From assembly GCA_965238045.1 (NCBI GenBank), contig CBDEGU010000012.1, forward strand, positions 1,685,075 through 1,749,074: a DNA stretch of 64,000 nucleotides, given 5' to 3'. Origin of the DNA: Bryobacterales bacterium (GTDB lineage Bacteria; Acidobacteriota; Terriglobia; Bryobacterales; UBA6623). The notes under the pieces are model-generated. The model saw only the letters and a program-made list of their open reading frames with translations. It had not been told where the DNA came from and did no database searches. A program made the translations under genes and the position numbers. Below, piece by piece: positions 45,526 through 54,749 of the stretch. Numbering within the stretch: the first letter of the stretch is position 1; the number at the start of each line of letters is the position of its first letter.

Positions 45526-45612
45526 ATTGTAGCGCTACGAGATACCTGGTGGTAACAACCGTTCCGTTGAGCTTTCCAATCGTAGCACGGGCGTGTGGTT
45601 GATTCTGCTCGG
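45526..45612 (-). repeat. Kinase-family 5' module copy R3 (upstream part only)
   Basis: The plus strand ATTGTAGCGCTACGAGATACCTGGTGGTAACAACCGTTCC... aligns with the ATTGTACCGCTC...AACAACCGTTCGC start of R1/R2. TACAAT lies immediately 5' of the kinase stub. Confidence 0.55.
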
Positions 45613-45650
45613 TTTTCGACTCTGCCCCCGACGGCCTATACTCAACGCGT

Positions 45651-47147
45651 ATGGAATCTCCGGGAGTTCCTCCGCGTGCCTACCGGATCATCACGAGCCT
45701 CCACGGCTTGGTCGTGCGCATCTTCTTCCGTGAGGTCGAGGTCAGCGGGCTCGGCCACGTGCCCGAACGCGGCGGTGGGGTGATCGTGTCCTGGCATCCG
45801 AACGGGCTCAGCGATCCCATCCTCATCCTGACGCAGTTCCCCAGACAGGTCGTCTTTGGCGCCCGCCACGGCCTCTTCAAGTTCCCGCTCCTCGGGTTCC
45901 TGCTCCGCCGTACCGGGACCGTTCCGATTTACCGGGCGCAGGACGCGAAGAGCTCCTCCGCCGACGCCCGACGGGCGGCAAACAAGAAGAGTGTCGACGC
46001 GCTCGCCCGCGAGGTCGCCCGCGGATCGTTCTCGGCGCTCTTCCCCGAGGGCGTGAGCCACGACGAGCCGGGCCTCGTCGAGCTCAAGAGCGGCGTGGCC
46101 CACCTCTACTACCGCGCCCGCGAGTTCCAGGAGGACGACGCGCCGCCGCCGGTGATCCTGCCGGTCGGTCTGCACTATGACGACAAGGCGATGTTCCGGT
46201 CGCGGGCGCACGTCTGCTTCCACCCCCCCATCGAGCTGCCCGCCGAACTCGACGTGTCGCCGCCGCCCGATGAGGACGCCGAGACAGCCCGCGAGCGTGT
46301 CCGCGGCCTCATGAGAGAGATCGAGCACGCCCTGAAGGACGTCGTCCACGCGACCGAGGACTGGGAGATCCACAGTGTCATGCACCGCGTGAGCAAGATG
46401 TTTCGGGCCGAGCGCGCGAAGCGGGCAGGAGCGGACCCGGGCATGCGCGGCATCGATGAGCGCACCTTCGGCTTCGCCCGGGTGCGCAAGGCCTACTACG
46501 ACACGCGCGACGACGACGCCGAACGCACCGTGGCCCTGATCCGGCGCATCGAGCGATACGATCAGGACCTCCGCGCCCTGAAGCTCGACGACCACGAGCT
46601 CGACCGCGACCTGCGCCTGGTCTCGTCCACCCTCGCGCCGATCCTCTTGCTCCGGGTGGTGCTCGTCTTCCTGCTCCTGCCGCCCGTCCTGTTCGTGGGC
46701 TGCATCGTCAACGTGCCGACGGGGATCTTCCTCGCGCTTTTCGCGCGCGCGGTCTCGCGGCTGCGCAAGGACGAGGCGACCGTCAAGATGCTCGTCGGCG
46801 CGATCGTCTTCCCGCTCACATGGATCGGCGCGGGGATAGCCGCGGCGGTTGCACACGCCCCGCTCCACGAGGCGTTCCCGACGGTCCCCGACCAGGCCGT
46901 TGTGGCCGGCATCGGCGTCGCGGTGCTCTCGGCGGTGGGCGGAATGGTCGCCCTGCGGTACAGACGCTTCGCCCGCGATACCCTGCGCGCGGTCCGCGTC
47001 CGCTTCACGCACCTCACGCGCCGCCGCTCGATCGAGCGGCTCCTCGCTGAGCGCGCCGCCATCCACGACGCTCTCTGGTCGATCGCCGAGGGCCTCGACC
47101 TCCCAGGAGAGGTCATGGCGGACGGCACGATCCGCTCGTCGGGCTGA
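45651..47147 (+). CDS. Glycerol/lysophospholipid acyltransferase (PlsC-like) with C-terminal membrane domain
   Basis: 498 aa. It has an HX4D box (SWHPNGLSDP), an FPEGVSHD box, and hydrophobic helices near the C-terminus. It is visibly more GC-rich than its neighbours. Confidence 0.75.
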   Translation: MESPGVPPRAYRIITSLHGLVVRIFFREVEVSGLGHVPERGGGVIVSWHPNGLSDPILILTQFPRQVVFGARHGLFKFPLLGFLLRRTGTVPIYRAQDAKSSSADARRAANKKSVDALAREVARGSFSALFPEGVSHDEPGLVELKSGVAHLYYRAREFQEDDAPPPVILPVGLHYDDKAMFRSRAHVCFHPPIELPAELDVSPPPDEDAETARERVRGLMREIEHALKDVVHATEDWEIHSVMHRVSKMFRAERAKRAGADPGMRGIDERTFGFARVRKAYYDTRDDDAERTVALIRRIERYDQDLRALKLDDHELDRDLRLVSSTLAPILLLRVVLVFLLLPPVLFVGCIVNVPTGIFLALFARAVSRLRKDEATVKMLVGAIVFPLTWIGAGIAAAVAHAPLHEAFPTVPDQAVVAGIGVAVLSAVGGMVALRYRRFARDTLRAVRVRFTHLTRRRSIERLLAERAAIHDALWSIAEGLDLPGEVMADGTIRSSG

Positions 47148-47226
47148 AGACCCGATTAGCTCGGGCAGCTCGTCCGAACTCTCCCCACCTGCTTGGGCCG
47201 CCCGTGGAAACAGCGGACGTAGAAGG

Positions 47227-47267
47227 GTGTTAGCGGCGGAGAGAAAATAGGCCATAAGGCGGCGGAG
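47227..47267 (-). mobile_element. Isolated IS21-type terminal repeat (fragment, inverted relative to 43279-43366)
   Basis: The reverse complement TGGCCTATTTTCTCTCCGCCGCTAACAC matches 43322-43348 with one mismatch. It directly abuts the IS1595 remnant. Confidence 0.35.
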
Positions 47268-47269
47268 TT

Positions 47270-47506
47270 CATCAAGGGGCTGTCAGCCACGAGCATCTCG
47301 ACTACTACCTCCACGAATTCACCTTCCGCTTCAACCGCCGCAAGTCAAGAAGTCGAGGCAAGCTCTTCTACCGCCTGGTTCAGCAGGCCGTCGCCGTGCA
47401 ACCGGCGCCCTACAAGTCGCTGGTCGGAGGCACCGCGACACGCGCTACGGACAACCACAACATGTAGGGGCTATTTCACAATACCTGAGTCAAGTGAATA
47501 CCCATC
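47270..47506 (+). mobile_element. 3' remnant of a second IS1595-family copy (last ~65 transposase codons plus right inverted repeat)
   Basis: ...AVSHEHLDYYLHEFTFRFNRRKSRSRGKLFYRLVQQAVAVQPAPYKSLVGGTATRATDNHNM*, then ACCTGAGTCAAGTGAATACCCATC. It is closely similar to 34038-34275. Confidence 0.85.
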
Positions 47507-47898
47507 TGAAAGATTACCTTGAAGCCAGTCGCCGCAACAAGAAACGGACTGGCTTCCGCGGCACCCTTGTGCACTCTCGGGTGCGCTACTTCGACCCGGA
47601 GCGGCGGCGTGCCGGTATCCCCGAAGATGTGGCGGCGCTGGTCGACAAGCTCACTGCCGAGGAAACGTCTCTGACGCTGGTCAACATCAACCAGACGGAG
47701 TCACGAACGGTGATTGTACAAGGGGGAGCCTACGGCGAGCACCACTGCATCAGCGTCTCCGTGAACGACAAAAAGATTCCCGTCAACCACCCGTCCTTCA
47801 CGGTGCATCTGGCGCCGGGCGCAGGTAGCCGACTGACCATCAAGATGAAACGGTATGTCAACCAGCCGACCTTGAAGCATCCTTGGGATCGGAGTTAG
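47494..47898 (+). pseudogene. C-terminal part of an unidentified gene, 5' end replaced by the IS1595 remnant
   Basis: The ORF's GTG start lies inside the IS inverted repeat. No family was recognised in the remaining 130 aa. Confidence 0.35.
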
Positions 47899-47938
47899 CG
47901 GCGGTCACTCGCACTGGAACGCCGTCGGGTCCTCAGCT

Positions 47939-49510
47939 TCATTCATCAACGAACCGGAACCCGAACAGATACGCATTCTTCAAATAAAAGCGGATGTAGA
48001 CGTCTTTCCCCTTCAGGACGGAGAGATCCGCGCTGCCGTTCCACGTCACGACGTAATCCACGGCGTTGGACCGAATGCGGTCGCAATCGTCTTGTCCGAA
48101 TCCTTCAATCGGGCGATTGTCATTGTAAGGCCCACTGCTGCGGTCGAACAGTTCGACCTTTACGTGGCCGTGTTGGTCGCGGCTGAAAGCGCGATGCTCG
48201 GGAGCGATGTTGATCACGAGGCGGTCGCCGGTCACTTTGACTTCACGAGACAGCAGCCACCCTCCCTTGTTACCCGCGTATTGTCCCATGAACCGGTCCC
48301 GCCGAATGCGTGCCATACCGATCCCTTTGAAGTTTTCGGGGTAACGGTAGCGCCACGACCGCGAGGAGCCCACGTAGTACATGTAGAGCCAGTCTCCCAC
48401 GGGAATGATGCTCGGAAGCATCCAGGTGTGTCCGCCATCCCAATCACCCTCCCGACCCCGGGCGATGAACGGTTTCCGCACTGGCGAGCGGAACCACCGA
48501 AAGCCATCAGGACTGCTGACCAACTCGATGTATCCGTGGCCGGAGCCGTCGCGAGGTTGGACCGCCACAAAGCCCAGGTACTGGTTGCCGTACTTGGCCA
48601 CCTCCATGCGGTCGAAAAAGAAACCGTCGTCGAGTTCGTCGGGAACCAGGATGTGACGCGCCGTGCTCCAGGTTTTGAGGTCTTTGCTGACCGTTACCGA
48701 AATTCGGGTGCGCACGTTCTCACCCGTGTAGAGGACTTCGTTTGCGGCCAAGGCCTGCGGTCGAGCATACAGCAGCCACAGTTTGCGGCGCTGATCGTAG
48801 ACCGGGAAGTGTTCCGCATCGAGGGCTCGGGTATAGACCGGATTGTCCTCGTAATGTTTCCAGTTGACGCCGTCGTCACTGAAAGCCAAGTTTATACAGT
48901 ATCCGTGCTCGGGTAGCCTGTCGCGGTACCAGAGCATGAAGCGGCCCCGCTCGCCCATGTGCTTCGGCGTGCACATGACATGGAATTCCTGGGCCCGATT
49001 CAGCCCCGTCATCACAATGTTTGTCTTGTCATGGCCGCCATAGGGAACCTTGTCGAACAGGGGCTTGGTCCAATGGACGCCGTCTTGGCTTTCGGCGTAG
49101 GAAATCATGTAAGGGTAGCGCTTCCATGCGGACTCGCCTTTGAGGCGTGCTTTGAATCCTCCCCACGCCAAACTGTCATAGAGCGCATACCACATGCGGA
49201 AGATTTTGTCTTCGCTGTCATAAATCACATTGGGCAGGCCGACCTGCTCCTCCCAGGGCTGATCCGCCATCAGAACGGGATTCTCCGGGTGCTTGCTGGG
49301 TTCATTGACCCGCCCAACCACATCCCAGCGATCCGCATAGGCATACGAGTCGATGAACAACTGGATCTCGTGACCCAGTTCTTGCGCTTCGCCATGAAAG
49401 TACGCATCGTCTAAGGCCACCGAACGGGAAGTCCCGATCAGCGCCAGAGTGCACAGGACAACTGCGATCATGAACTTACTCATGCTTTTCCTCCTCCAGG
49501 AAGGTTCCAA
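47939..49510 (-). CDS. Secreted beta-propeller glycoside-hydrolase-like protein (GH43/GH32-clan-like), paralogue 1
   Basis: 523 aa with a signal peptide. ...QLFIDSYAYADRWDVVGRVNEPSKHPENPVL...WYALYDS... The family-level call is by eye only. Confidence 0.5.
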   Translation of the reverse strand: MEPSWRRKSMSKFMIAVVLCTLALIGTSRSVALDDAYFHGEAQELGHEIQLFIDSYAYADRWDVVGRVNEPSKHPENPVLMADQPWEEQVGLPNVIYDSEDKIFRMWYALYDSLAWGGFKARLKGESAWKRYPYMISYAESQDGVHWTKPLFDKVPYGGHDKTNIVMTGLNRAQEFHVMCTPKHMGERGRFMLWYRDRLPEHGYCINLAFSDDGVNWKHYEDNPVYTRALDAEHFPVYDQRRKLWLLYARPQALAANEVLYTGENVRTRISVTVSKDLKTWSTARHILVPDELDDGFFFDRMEVAKYGNQYLGFVAVQPRDGSGHGYIELVSSPDGFRWFRSPVRKPFIARGREGDWDGGHTWMLPSIIPVGDWLYMYYVGSSRSWRYRYPENFKGIGMARIRRDRFMGQYAGNKGGWLLSREVKVTGDRLVINIAPEHRAFSRDQHGHVKVELFDRSSGPYNDNRPIEGFGQDDCDRIRSNAVDYVVTWNGSADLSVLKGKDVYIRFYLKNAYLFGFRFVDE

Positions 49511-49648
49511 TATACTCCTTTGCTGATTGTCGAGCCGAAAAGCCTTACAGCCGCTCTTCTACTCCAGGTCTCCATCGTACATCGGGCGCTGGTTATTCAG
49601 ACCAAGTTTCGGAGCGACCCACCCGCTTACGGCCTTTCTGCAACAAAG

Positions 49649-51274
49649 CTAGGGGACAAACTGAAAGGCAAAAAGCTTCGCATCGCGCATCACGAACCGT
49701 AGCCTGATGGTTTTGCCTGCGAGGGAATCGATAGCGGCCTCTCCTTTCCATGTGACGGCGTGGGCGACGGAGTTCCCATTGACTCGATCTGCACTTTCGA
49801 CGGAGTAACCGGGAATCGAATTCCCGGCAGCATCTTGGATTTCCACTCGAATAAAGCCGCCGCCTCCCGTGATGGCGTTGAGGTGCAGTCGCTCACCCTC
49901 AAACACCAGGGGTGGCGTGGTGAGCTCACCCCCGTCGTAGGCCGCATCGGCCGAAATGAAACCATCGAGGCGAAAGATGGCACGCCCGGTGATGGAGATC
50001 CAGTCTTCTTCCGGCTTTCCCGTGATATGCCGAGACGGAAGCCCATTATAGTAAATAAACAACCGATCGCCATTGCGAACCATTCCCCCGCTGTAAATTT
50101 GCCCTTCCATTCCGGAGCCACGCGGGCCGAGTTGCACGACCGCTTGGCGGAAGGGCCGCTTCCATTCGATGCCGTCTCGGGAGAACGCAAACTGCATTTC
50201 CAAGGTGTCGGAGGCCTCGGGGTCCGGGCGTCCCGTCAACCAATCGGGACGCCGGGAGTACCACATGCTCGGAAAAGCAACGTAGGCGTCCTGGGCGTAG
50301 GGGTATTTGTAGGCACAAAACGTATACACCTGCATGCCTGGGGGATCTTGTTCATCGGGCTGCAATGCAAAAGGGAACTCGTCCTGCAACCCTCTTGCGG
50401 TGGTTCCGCGATCCGCCTTTTGCCCGAGATTTCTTCCCGGCTTGGCCTGAAACGGGTAGGGTCTGGCGAGGTCATGTTTACCAACGGTTGTTCGCGAGTA
50501 AACACGAACACGAGAGCCCGGCAGGTAGGCTCGCGGATAGATGGCCCACCGGGAGATGGAATCGTCCCAAAACACCGGCGTTAGCGCACCGACATAAAAA
50601 GGCAGCACCGGCTTTTCTTCGCGCTCCCAGCTTTTCCCGTCGGCCGAGTAGAGCAGGTAGACGCTGTTTGGGTCGCTGTCCTGCGAGGGCGCCCATCTAG
50701 GATCTTGCTTGGCGATGCGAACGAGCATCTTGTAGCGCCGCCGGGGTGAGTCGAACGGATCGATAAACGCGCGGCCGAAAACACCGAGAGCTACGATGTT
50801 GTTGTCTCGAGAGCCGTGATAATCGATCAGTCCTAGCTCGGGCTTCGTCCAGTGAACGCCGTCGGTCGAGAGCGCCAGGCAAAGGTAGCGAGTTTCGTAA
50901 TCGGGCTCGAAGGCGTTGTAGTACATTCGGTACACGCCGCCATCTTCAAGAAAGACTGAGTATCCGCCGAGTCTTCCTTGCTCCCAAGGGCGGTCCATAG
51001 GCAACAGATTTTCCTGGGGCTGCTCGGGCTGGTTAAAAACGAGCGTCACGCCTTTGCTCGACTCGATGAAGCGCTCATCCAGAAAGAGCTGTTTCTGCGA
51101 GCCGACTTGAAGGGGAGGCGATTGAGCCTTGACTGCTATCTGAACGCAAAGCCAAGCCAGGATAACGAGAAGGGTTTTGCAGGAGCGCACGGTTTGAACT
51201 CCGGATCTCAGGGTTTCGTATTCCGACACTTCATCCCTCTTGTAAGTTTTGGCAATGCGCTCCCTCTGCATCAA
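49649..51274 (-). CDS. Secreted beta-propeller glycoside-hydrolase-like protein, paralogue 2
   Basis: 541 aa. ...QLFLDERFIESSKGVTLVFNQPEQPQENLLPMDRPWEQ... Shared motifs and a C-terminal ...RFVMRDAKLFAFQF versus ...RFYLKNAYLFGFRF link it to paralogue 1. Confidence 0.5.
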   Translation of the reverse strand: MMQRERIAKTYKRDEVSEYETLRSGVQTVRSCKTLLVILAWLCVQIAVKAQSPPLQVGSQKQLFLDERFIESSKGVTLVFNQPEQPQENLLPMDRPWEQGRLGGYSVFLEDGGVYRMYYNAFEPDYETRYLCLALSTDGVHWTKPELGLIDYHGSRDNNIVALGVFGRAFIDPFDSPRRRYKMLVRIAKQDPRWAPSQDSDPNSVYLLYSADGKSWEREEKPVLPFYVGALTPVFWDDSISRWAIYPRAYLPGSRVRVYSRTTVGKHDLARPYPFQAKPGRNLGQKADRGTTARGLQDEFPFALQPDEQDPPGMQVYTFCAYKYPYAQDAYVAFPSMWYSRRPDWLTGRPDPEASDTLEMQFAFSRDGIEWKRPFRQAVVQLGPRGSGMEGQIYSGGMVRNGDRLFIYYNGLPSRHITGKPEEDWISITGRAIFRLDGFISADAAYDGGELTTPPLVFEGERLHLNAITGGGGFIRVEIQDAAGNSIPGYSVESADRVNGNSVAHAVTWKGEAAIDSLAGKTIRLRFVMRDAKLFAFQFVP

Positions 51275-51645
51275 CCATACAAGCCTTTTTCTCCGGGCGC
51301 AACGACGAGTTGCGGATCCCAGTGGATCAGGTCGGACCGTGGCCTCACCTTCAGGCTGGAAGCCGGTCCAATCACTTCAAAATGTCCGTGGTTCTTCTAA
51401 GGAGGCAGCTGATTCCTGACTCAGAGCGGGGAGCTGTTCGGAAGCTAACGGCACTGGTCCCGGTGGTCAACCGATCCAGTAACAGTGTTGGAGATGGGGA
51501 AACACGGTCGCAAGTGCAACCAAATGCAACCAGGATGGCTCGTAAGTTGTTGAAAACATGGTGGTCAGGGAGGTGCTTCGTTCATCGACTGTTGTCGAGA
51601 AGAGCTTAAGTACTTACTATACAATCACTTACAGCCGATTGCGCG

Positions 51646-52104
51646 TTGGCAACTTCAGCCATTGCCCAAATTAGGTATAAGTGCCCTTTTCAGAAGGAGA
51701 TAAGGGCGAGACAACAACAGTTGATGACTGAAGCACCCCTACTGGAGCGCAAGACCGGGGCGCTGGAGCAAGCGGCGCCACTGGAAGGCTGGCAGTTGCC
51801 CAAAGAGTTTGCTCACCTCCGGCGGCTACTCGAGACACGATTGGGCAAGGCCGGTTCCCGCGAGTATATCCAGGTGTTGCGCCTGTTGGAAGACTTTCCT
51901 CTGACAGAAGTCCGTGCCGCCGTCGGAGACGCTTTACGGCTGGGCGCCATCTCGTTCGATGCGGTGAAGCATCTGTTGCTGTGTCGTATCGAACAGCGAC
52001 CGCCGCGGCTGGAGCTCGAAAACTATCCCCATCTGCCGGCGGCTCGTGTCTCGACTACGGCGGCGGCCGACTATCTGGCCCTGTTGGGCGCGGGAGCCGA
52101 GTGA
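51646..52104 (+). pseudogene. istA: IS21-family IstA transposase, C-terminal fragment only
   Basis: 152-aa ORF ending ...RIEQRPPRLELENYPHLPAARVSTTAAADYLALLGAGAE*. The DDE core is absent. Confidence 0.6.
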
Positions 52105-52868
52105 TGGCCAAGCCCCAAGTCCTGCTCCAAGAGTATCTCAGGGCGCTGCGGCTGCCGACCTTCCTGCGCGAGTACGACAAAGTAGCACGAGAATGTGCTC
52201 AGGAAGGTGTCGATCATCGGCGCTATCTGCTGCGGCTCAGTGAGCTGGAGTTGCTCGATCGCGAACAACGCGCCACCGAGCGCCGCATCAAGACCGCCAA
52301 GTTCCCGGTGCTCAAGAGCCTGGAGACCTTCGAGTTCCGCTCGATGCCGTCGCTGAACAAGAACCTGGTCCTGGAGCTGGCGCGCTCGGAGTATCTGGAT
52401 CGCAGAGAGAACGTGTTGGCGCTGGGCAACTCCGGTACGGGCAAGACGCATCTTGCTCTGGCGTTGGGGCTGGCCGCTTGCCAAAAGGGTTATCGCGTGC
52501 GCTTCACGACGGCCGCCGCGCTGGTCAACGAGTTGCTCGAGGCACGTGACGAGAAACGTCTCCTGCGCTTACAGAGACAGCTGGCCAAGCAAGACCTGCT
52601 GATCGTGGACGAACTGGGCTACGTCCCCTTATCGAAGACGGGCTCGGAGTTATTGTTCGAGATCTTCAGCCAGCACTACGAGCGGGCCTCGACGCTGGTG
52701 ACCTCGAACCTGCCCTGCAACAAGTGGACCGAGATCTTCGGCTCCGAGCGGCTGACCGGCGCCTTGCTGGATCGTCTCACCCACCACGTCCATATCTTGG
52801 AGATGAACGGCGAGAGCTATCGTCTCCAGCAGAGTAAGCGTACCCGGAAGCGTTCTTCCTCGGCCTGA
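52104..52868 (+). CDS. istB: IS21-family IstB ATP-binding helper protein
   Basis: Starts at ATG 52104 (MAKPQVLLQEYLRALRLPTF...). It has Walker A GNSGTGKTH and Walker B LLIVDELGY. Confidence 0.9.
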   Translation: MAKPQVLLQEYLRALRLPTFLREYDKVARECAQEGVDHRRYLLRLSELELLDREQRATERRIKTAKFPVLKSLETFEFRSMPSLNKNLVLELARSEYLDRRENVLALGNSGTGKTHLALALGLAACQKGYRVRFTTAAALVNELLEARDEKRLLRLQRQLAKQDLLIVDELGYVPLSKTGSELLFEIFSQHYERASTLVTSNLPCNKWTEIFGSERLTGALLDRLTHHVHILEMNGESYRLQQSKRTRKRSSSA

Positions 52869-53048
52869 GCCCCCGGGGCAGGCCGTCGGCTGTTTCGGGG
52901 GCTTGCACTACGTCGGGGGCCGCCTTAACAGGCGTCCCCCTGACTTCGCTCCAGCCCCCGAAACAGTCGCTTTCCGAAACGAACCCTCTCCCCGAGATGG
53001 TCTACTTTTACTCCGCCACAGTGGCCTAATTTTGCTCCGCCCTTGACA

Positions 53049-53286
53049 GGTTCGCGGGGTGCTTGCGAACCTTCGCGGTAACAAGCACCAGGCCTTCCGT
53101 CTCGGCCACGAGAAAGTCGTCGTGTAGAAACAGGTCCGCCCGGTTTCGTTCGGGCCCGAGTTGCACGACGCGGTCTTCTTTCGGGGCGGGGGTAGCCGGC
53201 CACGAGTCCGCAAAAGAGGCCGCGAGCAGAACGACACAACCAACCTGCACCACTCGCCATTTCGGACCTGACAGTGTTTGCTTCAT
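53049..53286 (-). pseudogene. N-terminal stub of a third glycosidase-like paralogue, cut by the IS21 terminus
   Basis: MKQTLSGPKWRVVQVGCVVLLAASFA...RADLFLHDDFLVAETEGLVLVTAKVRKHPAN| parallels the LFLDERFIE...KHPENPVL region of the two paralogues. The ORF then reads into the IS end. Confidence 0.5.
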
Positions 53287-53387
53287 CCTTCAATCTCCTT
53301 GACGAGGACCGCGTGTGGAAAGTGCCTCGGAGACATAACCGAGAATAACAGATTCGCCGAGGTTTTGGGACTCGTCCGTTGCCCGGA

Positions 53388-54668
53388 TGTCAAGGCCCAA
53401 TAGAAATGTCCCCCTGGGTCGCCCAGTAGATAATGTCCCCCGGTTCGGAAGAGAGAATCGTCGTCGTCGGGGCTGTGGAAATGTGGGAATCACGTGAGCG
53501 ATTTCCAAGGCAGGGTGGCAAGGGTGGGAAACCTCTCGTTGCGATTCGAACCCTACTCGCCCTCTGGAGAGGTTTTCCACGCTTTCCACCCGACCCGTCA
53601 TTTCCACAGCCCGTGTTCACCCTGTCGCCGCGCGTTGTTTCGACAGCAGCGGCCGGCGCCAGGGATGATTGGCTGCCGACTTGCGAGCAAACTTGGCATT
53701 ATATTCGCCCAGATACTGCTCGTCGAGATAGCGGTTCGCCGCCTCGTCATCGGCGATCCCTTCAAGCCGCATCTTCTTGATCAGGCGGTCTTGATGCGTC
53801 GAGTGATGGCGCTCCACTCGGCCCTTGGCTTGCGGCGACGATACCGCGAGGATGCGGATACTCCGCTTGGCGCACATGCACCCGAACTGGCTTTCCGGTT
53901 CGATGCCTTCGATCGCTTCGCGCGACGTCGGCTTGCCGCTTGTCGACGTTTTTCCAATCGCAGTCAAGCGCCTTCGGAACGCCGTGTTGACGCACCCAAG
54001 CTTGGAGTCGCTTCGGCTGCGGCCCAGGTCGTTTCCTCGTCCGAGAAACGGCACAGCGCCAGACCTGTCGCAGCGTCGACAGAGTTCATCAGGCAACCTC
54101 TGGGACCACGTCCTTCGCGCCCGTCGTGGTGCCAACCGCCGAGTTGAATCCATTCGCCGAAATGAGCGCGGCGTTGGCGCCGGGTGCGGTGCGGTTTTCG
54201 CTTGCGCCGGCGGCTCCACAGGCCCGCGGCAAGCATCCAGCGCCGCAAGGTTTCGCGCGGCACTTCGATGCCCTGATCGGCCGCCAGATGTTCCGACGCC
54301 AGTGTCGGCCCCCACCGCTCGTGCGGCTCGCCCGAATCGTTCTCGCGCACCAACTCGAGAACCTGCTCGCGTCGCTTGCCATTGGCTTGGTTCGTAGCGC
54401 GGCCGACGTGGCCGTGCACCCAAGCTTTGGTCCCGCCCGCGCTGTAACGCTTCGTGAGCCGCTTCGCTTGGCGGTAGCTGACCTCCAGCAGCTCGGCGGC
54501 TTCGGCCAACTTCAGTTCGCCTCGTTTCACTCGGCTCAGCACTTCGCCGCGCCTCAGTTCCTTCGCCCTCATCCATGTCCTTCCCAATCTCGGCTCCTCT
54601 TTCGAAGCCCCAGATTAGGGGATATTTCTATTGGGCGCTCAAGGGGACATTATCATTGGGCTACAACA
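53388..54668 (-). mobile_element. IS1202-group (ISNCY-like) insertion sequence, 1281 bp, degenerate
   Basis: The termini are TGTCAAGGCCCAATAG... and ...CATTGGGCTACAACA. Each end carries two copies of a GCCCAAT(A/G)(G/A)(A/T)AATGTCCCC-type subrepeat. The element is flanked by a 17-bp direct repeat (16/17 identical). Confidence 0.65.
53440..54587 (-). pseudogene. ISNCY-type transposase with frameshift(s) and an internal stop
   Basis: The N-part is MGRTWMRAKELRRGEVLSRVKRGELKLAEAAELLEVSYRQAKRLTKRY...GREGRGP. The C-part, in another frame, is ...SSPQAKGRVERHHSTHQDRLIKKMRL...YNAKFA, followed by TGA and decayed sequence. Confidence 0.65.
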
Positions 54669-54749
54669 CGCGTCCGTTGCCCGGAAAGACTCACTACCGA
54701 GTATACACCAAGGTCTCGAAGTTCTCAGACTCCATCGCAGGCCCGCCGT

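Larger units (their letters stand above)
51646..53048 (+). mobile_element. IS21-family element, 5'-truncated (istA tail, istB, right terminus)
   Basis: The istA' stop overlaps the istB ATG (TGATG at 52102-52106). The right end has the repeated motifs CTACTTTTACTCCGCC and TGGCCTAATTTTGCTCCGCC, then CTTGACA. Confidence 0.8.

Noticed and set aside
45642-47255. 537-aa minus-strand ORF, the longest ORF in this part of the window
   Set aside because: It is antisense to the acyltransferase gene. It is rich in R/A/G/D/E with no motifs, a typical shadow ORF of very GC-rich coding DNA. The same applies to 11979..13760, 10551..11906, 9593..10693, 7732..8790, 16592..17716, 18123..19259, 1583..2272, 28805..29767 and 63138..63995.
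51609-51621. AGTACTTACTATA matches the left end of the IS630 copy at 63107 (GTACTTACTATCA)
   Set aside because: The match is only 12-13 nt with nothing IS630-like beside it. It could be a solo end next to the truncated IS21, but the evidence is insufficient.
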